A stretch of 64,000 nt of DNA from Macrostomum lignano (taxonomy: Eukaryota), in NCBI GenBank assembly GCA_002269645.1, contig NIVC01001461.1:62001-126000 (forward strand). Reading direction: 5' to 3'. Below the pieces are notes generated by a model. It saw only the letters and a program-made list of their open reading frames with translations, had not been told where the DNA came from and did not search any database. This document shows, one piece after another, positions 24,401 through 36,400 of the stretch. Made by a program: the position numbers and the translations under genes. Numbering within the stretch: the first letter of the stretch is position 1; every line of letters starts with the position of its first letter.

Positions 24401-27400
24401 GGCGGCGGCCCGGAGTCCAAGAGCCAGTTGACCACCCGGATGCTGCTGGACCAGCCCGACTCGGTGATGGATCCGCAGGAAATTGTAGCGCAGGTCCGCA
24501 AACTCAGAAACCCAACTCACCTCAACTTGGTGCCGAAATTCCCCGGCTCGATTCCGCAGCATGAGCACGTTTAGAGAGCCACAAAATTTTTAGCAAACCT
24601 AATGCCGAGTACGTGTGTGCTCATGTGTGCTCTTTTGTGTTTATGTGTGCTCATGTGTGCTCATGTGTGCTCATGTGTGCTCATGTGTGCTCATGTGTGT
24701 TTATGTGTGCTTATGTGTGCTCATGTGTGCTCATGTGTGCTCATGTGTGCTCACGTGTGCTCATGTGTACTCATGTGTGTTTATGTGTGCTCATGTGTGC
24801 TCATGTGTGCTCATGTGTACTCATGTGTGCTCATGTGTGCTCATGTGTGCTCACGTGTGCTCATGTGTGCTCATGTGTACTCATGTGTCCTCATGTGTGC
24901 TCGTGTGCTCGGGTATCAGCGAAATGATCTAGCGTACGATTAATTACCACCCAGGTGCTGATAAGACAGCACACCACCTCACCCACTCACCCAGGTGTAG
25001 ATAAGACAGGCAACCACCTCACCCACTCACCCAGGTGTAGATAAGACAGGCAACCACCTCACCCACTCACCCAGGTGTAGATAAGACAGGCCACCACCTC
25101 ACCCACTCACCCAGGTGTAGATAAGACAGGCAACCACCTCACCCACTCACCCAGGTGTAGATAAGACAGGCCACCACCTCACCCACTCACCCAGGTGTAG
25201 ATAAGACAGGCAACCACCTCACCCACTCACCCAGGTGTAGATAAGACAGGCCACCACCTCATCCACTCACCCAGGTGCTGATCTGCTCCAGCTCGCCCAG
25301 TCGCCGCCTCCTGCTCAGCGCATTCAAAGCCCTGGTGACCGGAGCAGCGCCATTCCATCGCGAGCGCGGTCGAGACGAGTGGCGCTGGCTGAACCTGGTC
25401 CGGCTGCACCTGATGGGCACCTGGCTGACTGAGCTGAGGACTTCGTCAGGCGGTAATAGAAGCCAGCGCGAAGACTTCTGCGAGCTGGTTTCCTGGTGCA
25501 ACGAGTACGACGAGCTCTTCTACTGCTCAATCGCGGGCTGCGGCGTCTCCGCCATGCTGCACACGGTCGGGTCAGCGGCCGAGGTTCAGGCGCGGTCGGT
25601 GCTGCAGTCGGTGCTGGAGACCGAGATAGAGCAGGTAACTATGCTGGGCTTTCTGATTTGTAGAAAATACTAGCAATCTAGTGCGACCCCCCTTCGGGGC
25701 GCCCAATAAGCACGGAGCAAAAATAGTTAATGGAAAACAATTAAAAAAGCACATTTTTTTAAACACCAATTCCTTCTTAACTTTTAAACCGCAGATAGCA
25801 AGCATCCCCTAATACTCGTAGCAAGCATCCACCCAGATAGCAAGCATCCTGCAGACAGCAAGCATTTCCCAAATATTGTAGAATCATCCACCCAGATAGC
25901 AAGCATCTGCAGATAACAAGCATCCTGCAGACAGCAAGCATTTCCCAAATATTGTAGAATCATCCACCCAGATAGCAAGCATCTGCAGATAGCAAGCATC
26001 CTGCAGACAGCAAGCATTTCCCAAATATTGTAGAAGCATCCACCTAGATAGCAAGCATCCCCCAAATATTGTAGAAGCATCCACCCAAATAGCAAGCATC
26101 TGCAGATAACAAGCATCCCCCAAATATTGTAGAAGCATCCAGCTGGATAGCAAGCATCCCCCAAATATTGTAGAAGCATCCAGCTAGATAGCAAGCATCC
26201 CCCAAATATTGTAGAAGCATCCAGCTAGATAGCAAGCATCCCCCAAATATTGTAGAAGCATCCAGCTAGATAGCAAGCATCCCCCAAATATTGCAGAAGC
26301 ATCCACCCAGTTAGCAAGAATCCATAAAGAGCAAACATCCCTAGATAGAAAGAATCCCATACATGTAGCCAAGCTTATCCAGCGCAGTAATCCTTTGTTT
26401 GCCAAGCGCAGTAATCCTTGGTTTATCAAGTGCAGTAAGCCTTGGTCTATAAAGTGCAGTAATCCTTGGTCTATCAAGTGCAGAAATCCTTGGTTTATCA
26501 AGTGCACTAATCCTTGGTATATAAACTGCAGTAATCCTTGGTTTATCAAGTGCAGTAAGTCTTGGTTTATCAAGTGCAGAAATCTTTGACTTATCAAACG
26601 AAGTAATCCTTGGCTTATCAAGTGCAGTAATCCTTGGTTAATCAAGTACAGTAAGCCTTGGTCTAACAAGTGCAGTAAGTCTTGGTTTATCAAGTGCAGT
26701 AATCCTTGGTTTATCAAGTGCAGTAAGTCTTGGTTAATCAAGTGCAGTAATCATTGGTTTATCAAGTGCAGTAATCCTTGGCTTATCAAGTGCATTAAGT
26801 TCTGGTCTATCAAGTGCAGAAATCCTTGGTTTATCAAGTGCAGTAAGTCTTGGTTTATCAAGTGCAGTAATCCTTGGTTTATCAAGTGCAGTAAGTCTTG
26901 GTTAATCAAGTGCAGTAATCATTGGTTTATCAAGTGCAGTAATCCTTGGCTTATCAGGTGCAGTAAGTATTGGTTTATCAAGTGCAGAAATCCTTGGTTT
27001 ATCAAGTGCAGTAATCCTTGGTTTATCAAGTGCAGTAAGTCTTGGTTTATCAAGTGCAGAAATCCTTGGCTTATCAAGTGCAATAATCCTTGGTTTATCA
27101 AGCGCAGTAATCCTTGGCTTATCGAGTGCAATAATCCTTGGCTTATCAAGTGCAATAATCCTTGGTTTATCAAGTGCAATAATCCTTGGTTTATCAAGCG
27201 CAGTAATCTTTGGCTTATCAAGTGCAATAATCCTTGATTTATCAAGTGCAGTAATCCTTGGCCTATCAAGTGCAATAATCCTTGGTTTATCAAGTGCAGT
27301 AATCCTTGGCTTATCCAGTGCAATAATCCTTGGCTTATAATCCATAATACAGGTCTTTTTAATTAGTTTTTTAATAAAAGCTTTCAATAAAAAAATTATG

Positions 27401-30400
27401 CTACTTTTATTCTTATATATACTTATACACTACTAAGATTCGAACCCAGGTAGCTGCATTAGCAGTCCAGTGTGTTTACATCTAGGCTAGCTCTCATTGA
27501 AATTATAAATGAATTTGTAGCACTTATAATTCAACACTCACACCAAGTCGATTGAGTAAAAGTTACACGAGGCAGTTATGACATAATCAATTTCTTAGGC
27601 AAGTCAGTACCAGTCTATTAAAGTTAGCAAGATAAATCAAGTATGTGCTATGCTTCCACACTGCGTTTTCGATACTGTGACATAATTCAATTCAGTGTCA
27701 AAATTCAGCCAGTACACAGACGATAAATAAAAGCCTATTGTGATGATGCAATCTATTTCAGAATCAGAATTTAACCAGTCAGTTTTTTCTCTAGCATTCT
27801 TACAATGCATTTCAAGTCGAAAGAGCTGCTTGACCTTTGCAAAAAAGCATGTTTTTCGAATATTTATTCCCTTTAGCATCGAGCAATTTCTTAGCCACGA
27901 TGCATGTACCGTCACGGAAAAATTTCTGATCGAACAGTGCAAGTTCGAAGAAAATCGGTTGAGCCGTTTTTGCTAAAATCGATCACACACACACACACAC
28001 ACACATACCGACAGACCATTTTTAGTATATGGACTAGCAATCTTCGCCCCCAGTTGGGGGACATCTGGATAGAATCTCTGTTCTCTACAAGTAACAAAAA
28101 GACAGCCAAATAAAGCCTTCACAAAGACAACAGACAAACTGCTCAAATAAAGTGTAATGCAAAAAGAAATCATCCCAAGACAGCAAGCATCCCCCAGATA
28201 GCAAGCATCCCCCAGATTGCAAGCATCCCCCAGATAGCAAGCATCCCCCAGATAGGAAGCATCCCCCAGATAGCAAGCATCCCCCAGATAGCAAGCATCC
28301 CCCAGATAGCAAGCATCCCCCAAATAGCAAGCATCCCCCAGATAGGAAGCATCCCCCCTCCCGGATAGCAAGCATCCCCCAGATAGCAAGCATCCCCAGA
28401 TAGCAAGCATCCCCCAAATAGCAAGCATCCCCCAGATAGCAAGCATCCCCCAGATAGCAAGCATCCCCCCTCCCGGATAGCAAGCATCCCCCAGATAGCA
28501 AGCATCCCCCAGATAGGAAGCATCCCCCAGATAGCAAGCATCCCCCAGATAGCAAGCATCCCCGAGATAGCAAGCATCCCCCATATAGCAAGCATCCCCC
28601 AGATAGCAAGCATCCCCCAGATAGCAAGCATCCCCCAGATAGCAAGCATCCCCCAGATAGCAAGCATCCCCCAGATAGCAAGCATCCCCCAGATAGCAAG
28701 CATCCCCCAGATAGCAAGCATCCCCCAGATAGCAAGCATCCCCCAGATAGCAAGCATCCCCCAGATAGCAAGCATCCCCCATATAGCAAGCATCCCCCAG
28801 ATAGCAAGCATCCCCCAGATAGCAAGCATCCCCCAGATAGCAAGCATCCCCCAGATAGCAAGCATCCCCCAGATAGCAAGCATCCCCCAGATAGCAAGCA
28901 TCCCCCAGATAGCAAGCATCCCCCAGATAGCAAGCATCCCCCAGATAGCAAGCATCCCCCAAATAGCAAGCATCCCCCAGATAGCAAGCATCCCCAAATA
29001 GTAAGCATCCACCAGACAATAAGTAGCTATAGTGCAACAATTTCCTTAGCTCTATTGTGGCTCCTTCAAAATTGGCATGACGCTTACTTTTACGTTTAAA
29101 ATTGTGTATCTTTTATGTTTGACATGGTGGCTCTTTAATGTTTGACATAGTGGCTCTTTTATGTTTGACATGGTGGCTCTTTAGTGTTTGACATGGTGGC
29201 TCTTTAATGTTCGACATCGTGGCTCTTTAATGTTTGACATGGTGGCTCTTTAATGTTTGACATGTTGGTCCTTTTATGTTTGACATGTTGGTCCTTTTAT
29301 GTTTGACATGGTGGCTCTTTAATGTTTGACATGGTGGCTCTTTTATGCTTGACATGATGGCTCTTTAATGTTTGACATGATGGCTCTTTAATGTTTGACA
29401 TGGAGTCACATATATGTTGGACATGGTGGCTTTTTAATTTTCGACATTGTGGCTCTATATTGTTTGACCTGGTGGCACCTTAATGTCTGTAATGATGGCT
29501 CTTTAATGTTTGAAATGGTGGCTCTTTAATATTTGACATGGTGGCTCTTTAATGTTTGAAATGGTGGCTGTTTAATGTTCGACATGGTGGCTCTTTAATG
29601 TTTTACATGGTGGCTCTTTAATGTTAGACATGGTGGCTCTTTAATGTTTGACATTGTGCATTTTTTGTTTTTAGGGTTTTAAATAAAAAAATTTTTTGCA
29701 CTACTAGGATTCGAACCCAGGTCGCTGCATTAGCAGTCCAGTCTGTTCGCATCTATGCTATCTCTTGTCAATTGGAGTACATGAAGTGTGGCCCTTATAA
29801 TTAAATTCTTATATCAAATCGGTTAGAGTAAAAATTTATGACATAATCAATTTCTCAGTCAGCCAGTATCAGTGTCAATTTAAGTTAGCAATATTGTTAC
29901 GCAATTTAAATAAAGTTTTGTGTGCATTTCCTCGGCACTGTTTTCAACTGGTTGTGATGTAATCTTTATCACAATTGGAATTCAGTCAGTCAGTTTTGTC
30001 TCTAGCATTCTTACAATGCATTTCAGGTCGAAAGAGCTGCTTGACCTTTGCAAAAAAGCATGTTTTTCGAATATTTAATCCCTTTAACATTGAGCAATTT
30101 CTTAGCCAAGATGCATGTACCGTCCCAGGAAAATTTCTGATCGAATGGTGCAAGTTTTAAAAAAATCGGTCGAGCCATTTTTTCTAAAATCTATCGCATA
30201 CCTACCTACCTACCCACAGACAACTAATTTTTAGTATAAAGGAAGGACTAGCAATCTTCGCCCCCCGTTGGGGGACATCTGGATAGAATCTCTGCTCTCT
30301 ACAGGTAACAAAAAGACCGCCAGATAAAGCCTTCTCAAATACAACAGACAAACTGCTCAAATAAAGTGCAATGCAAAAAGAAATCATCCCAAGACAGCAA

Positions 30401-33400
30401 GCATCCCCCAGATAGCAAGCATCCCCCATATTGCAAGCATCCCCAAATAGCAAGCATCCCCCAGATAGCAAGCATCCCCAGATAGCAAGCATCCCCCAGA
30501 TAGCAAGCATCCCCCAAATAGCAAAGCATCCCCCAGATAGCAAGCATCCCCCAGATTGCAAGCATCCCCCAAATAGCAAGCATCCCCCAGATAGCAAGCA
30601 TCCCCCAGATAGCAAGCATCCCCCAGATAGCAAGCATCCCCCAAATAGCAAAGCATCCCCCAGATAGCAAGCATCCCCCAGATTGCAAGCATTCCCCAAA
30701 TAGCAAGCATCCCCCAGATAGCAAGCATCCCCCAGATAGCAAGCATCCCCAGATAGCAAGCATCCCCAGATAGCAAGCATTTTATGTTCGACAGGGTGGC
30801 TCTTTCATGTTTGGCATGGTGGCTCTTTTATGTTTGACATGGTGGCTCTTTTATGTTTGACATGGTGGCTCTTTTATGCTTGGCATGGTGGCTCTTTTAT
30901 GTTCGACATGGTGGCTTTTTTATGTTCGACATGGTGGCTCTTCTATGGTTGACATGGTGGCTCCTTAATGCTCGACATAGTGACTCTTTAATATTCCCCC
31001 AGATAGCAAGCATCCCCCAGATAGCAAGCATCCCCCAGATAGCAAGCATCCCCCAAATAGGAAGCATCCCCCAGATAGCAAGCATCCCCAAATAGTAAGC
31101 ATCTATCAGACAATAAGTAGCTAGTGCAACAATTTCCTTAGCTCTATAGTGGCTCCTTTAAAATTGGCATGACGCTTACTTTTAAGTTTGAAATTGTGTA
31201 TCTTTTATGTTTGACATGGTGGCTCTTTAATGTTTGACATGGTGGCTCTTTTATCTTCTACATGGTGGCTCTTTTATGTTTGAATCGGGGTTTTTTTAAT
31301 GTCTGACATGGTGTCTCTTTAATGTTTGACATGATTGCTCTTTAATTTTCAAAATGGTGTCTCTTTTATGTTTGACATGGTGGCTCTTTGATGTTCGACA
31401 TGGTGGCTCTTTAGTGTTTGACATGGTAGCTCTTTAATGTTAGACATGATGGTTCTTTAATGTTCGACATGGTGGCTCTTTAGTGTTTGACATGATGGCT
31501 CTTTTATGTTTGACATGGAGTCACATATGTTTGAGATGGTGGCTCTTTTATGTTTGTGGCTCTTTTGGCTCTTTTATGTTCTACATGGTAGCTCTTTTAT
31601 GTTTGATTCGGTTTTTTTAATGTCTGACATGGTGTCTCTTTAATGTTTGACATGGTGGCTCTTTTATGTTTGACATGATGATTCTTTAATGTTCGACATG
31701 GTGGCTCTTTTATGTTCTACATGGTGGCTTTTTTACGTTTGGCATGGTGGCTCTTTAATGTTCAACATGGTGGCTCTTTTATGTTTGGCATGGTGGCTCT
31801 TTAATGTTCGACATGGTGGCTCTTTAATGTTAGACATGGTGGCTCTTTAATGTTAGACATGATGGCTCTTTAATGTTCGACATGGTGGCTCTTTGATGTT
31901 TGACATTGTGCTTTTTTGTGTTTAGCATTTTGTGTTTTTAAGGTTTTTGAATAAAAAATCTTTTTGCACTACTAAGATTCGAACCCAGGTCGCTGCATTA
32001 GCAGTCCAGTCTGTTCGCATCAATGCTATCTCTTGTCAATTGGAGAACATGAATTGTGGCCCTTATAATTAAATTCTTATAGCAAATCGGTTAAAGTAAA
32101 AAGTTATGACATAATCAATTTCTCAGTCAGCCAGTATCAGTTTCAATTCAAGTTAGCAAAATTGGTTACGCAATTTCAATCAAGTTGTGTGTGCATTTCT
32201 TCGGCACTGTTTTCAACTGGTTGTGATGCAATCTTTATCAGAATTGAAATTCAGTCAGTCAGGTTTTTCTCTAGCATTCTTACAATGCATTTGAAGTCGA
32301 AAATTTAGTTTGACCTTTGCAAAAAAAGCATGTTTTTCGAATATTTGATCTCTTTAACATTGAGCAATTTCTTAGCCAAGATGCATGTACCGTCCCAGGA
32401 AAATTTCTGATCGAATGGTGCAAGTTTGAAGAAAATCGGTTGAGCCATTTTTTCTGAAATCTATCTCACAAAGACACACAACTCATTTTTAGTATATGGG
32501 ACTAGCAATCTAGTGCGGCCCCCCTTCGGGGCGCCCAATAAGCACGGAGCAAAAATAGTTAATGGAAAACAATTAAAAAAGCACATTTTCTTAAACACCA
32601 ATTCCTTCTTAACTTTTAAAAATCACCTTATTCGTGTAAAATTGTCACGGACAATGATATTTGCTATGAATCTATTTTTTTCTAAAATTAACAAATATAC
32701 AACAAAATATAACTTTCACAAAGATAACAGACATTACCCCTAAATAGAAAATATTCCCAAGACAGCAAGCATCCCTCCAGATAGCAAGCACCCCCTCCAA
32801 AAGTAAGCAACCGCAGATAGCAAGCATCCCCTAATACTCGTAGCAAGCATCCACCCAGATAGCGAGCATCCTGCAGACAGCAAGCATTTCCCAAATATTG
32901 TAGAATCATCCACCCAGATAGCAAGCATCTGCAGATAACAAGCATCCCCCAAATATTGTAGAAGCATCCACCCAGATAGCAAGCATCCCCCAAATATTGT
33001 AGAAGCATCCACCCAGATAGCAAGCATCTGCAGATAGCAAGCATCCACCCAGATAGCAAGCATTTCCCAAATATTGTAGAAGCATCCACCCAAATAGCAA
33101 GCATCTGCAGATAACAAGCATCCCCCAAATATTGTAGAAGCATCCAGCTAGATAGCAAACATCCCCCAAATATTGTAGAAGCATCCACCCAGACAGCAAG
33201 CATCTCCCAGATAGCAAGCATCCACCCAGACAGCAAGCATCCTGCAGATACCAAGCACCACCCAAATATTGCAGAAGCATCAACCCAGTTAGTAAGAATC
33301 CATAAAAAGCAAACATCCCTAGATAGAAAGAATCCCATACATATAGCCAAGCTTATCAAGCGCAGTAATCCTTTGTTTGCCAAGCGCAGTAATCATTGGT

Positions 33401-36400
33401 TTATCAAGTGCAGTAATCCTTGGCTTATCAAGTGAAGTAAGTTCTGGTCTATCAAGTGCAGTAATCCTTGGTTTATCAAGTGCAGTAAGTCTTGGTTTAT
33501 CAAGTGCAGTAAGTCTTGGTTTATCAAGTGCAGAAATCCTTGGTTTATCAAGTGCAGAAATCCTTGGTTTATAAAGTGCCGTAAGTCTTGGTTTATCCAA
33601 TGCAGTAGTCCTTGGTTTATCAAGTGCAGTAATCCTTGGTTTATCAAGTGCAGTAACCCTTTGTTTATCAAGCGCAGTAGTCCTTGGTTTATCAAGTGCA
33701 GTAATCCTTGGCTTATCGAGTGCAGTAATCCTTGGCCTATCAAGTGCAATAATCCTTGGTTTATCAAGCGCAGTAATCCTTGGCTTATCGAGTGCAATAA
33801 TCCTTGGCTTAGCAAGTGCAATAATCCTTGGTTTATCAAGTGCAGTAATCCTTGGCCTATCAAGTGCAATAATCCTTGGTTTATCGAGTGCAGTAATCCT
33901 TGGCTTATCAAGTGCAGTAATCCTTGGTTTATCAAGTGCAGTAATCCTTGGTTTATCAAGTGCAGTAAGTCTTGGTTAATCTAGTGCAGTAATCCTTGGT
34001 TTATCAAGTACAGTAACCCTTTGTTTATCAAGCGCAGTAGTCCTTGGTTTATCAAGTGCAGTAATCCTTGGCTTATCGAGTGCAATAATCCTTGGCTTAT
34101 CAAGTGCAATAATCCTTGCTTTATCAAGTGCAATAATCCTTGGTTTATCAAGCGCAGTAATCTTTGGCTTATCGAGTGCAATAATCCTTGGCTTATCAAG
34201 TGCAATAATCCTTGGTTTATCAAGTGCAATAATCCTTGGTTTATCAAGCGCAGTAATCTTTGGCTTATCAAGTGCAATAATCCTTGGTTTATCAAGTGCA
34301 GTAATCCTTGGCCTATCAAGTGCAATAATCCTTGGTTTATCAAGCGCAGTAATCCTTGGCTTATCGAGTGCAATAATCCTTGGCTTAGCAAGTGCAATAA
34401 TCCTTGGTTTATCAAGTGCAGTAATCCTTGGCCTATCAAGTGCAATAATCCTTGGTTTATCAAGCGCAGTAATCCTTGGCTTATCGAGTGCAATAATCCT
34501 TGGCTTATCGAGTGCAATAATCCTTGGCTTATCCAGTGCAATTATCCTTGGTTTATCAAGTACAATAATCCTTGGCTTATCAAGTGCAATAATCCTTGGT
34601 TTATCAAGTGCAATAATCCTTGGTTTATCAAGCGCAGTAATCTTTGGCTTATCGAGTGCAATAATCCTTGGCTTATCAAGTGCAATAATCCTTGGTTTGT
34701 CAAGTACAATAATCCTTGGTTTATCAAGCGCAGTAATCTTTGGCTTATCAAGTGCAATAATCCTTGGTTTATCAAGTGCAGTAATCCTTGGCCTATCAAG
34801 TGCAATAATCCTTGGTTTATCAAGCGCAGTAATCCTTGGCTTATCGAGTGCAATAATGCTTGGCTTAGCAAGTGCAATAATCCTTGGTTTATCAAGTGCA
34901 GTAATCCTTGGCCTATCAAGTGCAATAATCCTTGGTTTATCAAGCGCAGTAATCCTTGGCTTATCGAGTGCAATAATCCTTGGCTTATCGAGTGCAATAA
35001 TCCTTGGCTTATCCAGTGCAATAATCCTTGGTTTATCAAGTACAATAATCCTTGGCTTCTAATCCATAATCCAGGTCTTTTTAATTAGTTTTTTAATAAA
35101 AGCTTTCAATAAAAAATTTATGCTACTTTTATTCTTTTATACACTACTAAGATTCGAACCCAGGTTGCTGCATTAGCAGTCCAGTGTGTTCACGTCTAGG
35201 CTAGCTCTCATTGAAATTGTAAATGAATTTGTAGCACTTATAATTCAACACTCACACCAAGTCAGGTAGAGTAAAAAGTCACACGAAGCAGTTATGACAT
35301 AATCAATTTCTTAGGCAAGTCAGTACCAGTCTATTAAAGTTAGCAATATGGTTACGCAAGATAAATCAAGTATTGTGCTATGCTTCCACACTGCGTTTTC
35401 GATACTGTGACGTAATTCAATTCAGTGTCAAAATTCAGCCAGTACAGAGACGATAAATAAAAGCCTATTGTGATGCAATCTATTTCAGAATCAGAATTCA
35501 ACCAGTCAGTTTTTTCTCTAGCATTCTTACAATGCATTTCAAGTCGAAAGAGCTGCTTGACCTTTGCAAAAAAGCATGTTTTTCGAATATTTATTCCCTT
35601 TAGCATCGAGCAATTTCTTAGCCAAGATGCATGTACCGTCACGGGCAAATTTCTGATCGAACAGTGCAAGTTCGAAGAAAATCGGTTGAGCCATTCAGGA
35701 GAAAATCGATTTCGTACAAGCAAGCAAGCAAGATTTTCATTTTTAGTATATGGATTTAGTATATTTAGATTTCCATCGACAAATTTAATATAAAATAGTT
35801 TTTTTCAATACTAATAAAAGAACATTCCACAAAGCACTTTCTAAAAAAACACTTTGAAATAGTATATACTAACTCATAAAAATACAGTCGACAAGAAATA
35901 AATCTATAAAGAAGTACATTTTAATAAGATTTACTAAAGTACATTATGAAGTGAAGGTGGCGATAAAAGTACAAATCAGTGCCAATCAAATGTCAATGCA
36001 GCCAGTAACGACTTACCCAGGCATCGAATTCCCTCCGAAACCCGCAGACCTTCCCCCTGACAAAGGAAGCTGGCCACGATCGCGACCTGCTGGTGATGGA
36101 GCTCTACGCCAGGTACTCTTCCGACAAAAAGTCCAGGGCGCACTTTGAAAAACGCACAAAACAGCTGGCCTCTCATTGATCCCGTCTTATTAGTGCTTGT
36201 AGACCGTTTTTTGTTATTTCTCCTGATTTTTCAAAGAGCTGTCTTACTCACTAACTGGCCCCTCATAACAAGTACTTTACAAGTCATTGATATTTGTGAA
36301 ACAATTTGCAACTATGGTGCTGTTTTAACTAGGAGTATTAGATACCTATTTTAATTCAGTGAGACACCTGTCTTCCCATGAAAGTGAGACACCTGTCTTC

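Noticed and set aside
24947-25282. Regularly spaced repeats resembling a CRISPR array (also 36355-37415 and 37735-38065)
   Set aside because: No unique spacers, eukaryotic intron context, no cas genes.
27428-27495. Functional tRNA-Ser gene
   Set aside because: The acceptor stem and D arm do not pair convincingly and the anticodon stem has a mismatch; treated as a tRNA-derived cassette.
25784-35088. Many 100-355 aa ORFs (GDACYL.., LHLINQG..)
   Set aside because: Translations of Helitron-internal minisatellites; no Rep or helicase motifs, so the elements are non-autonomous.
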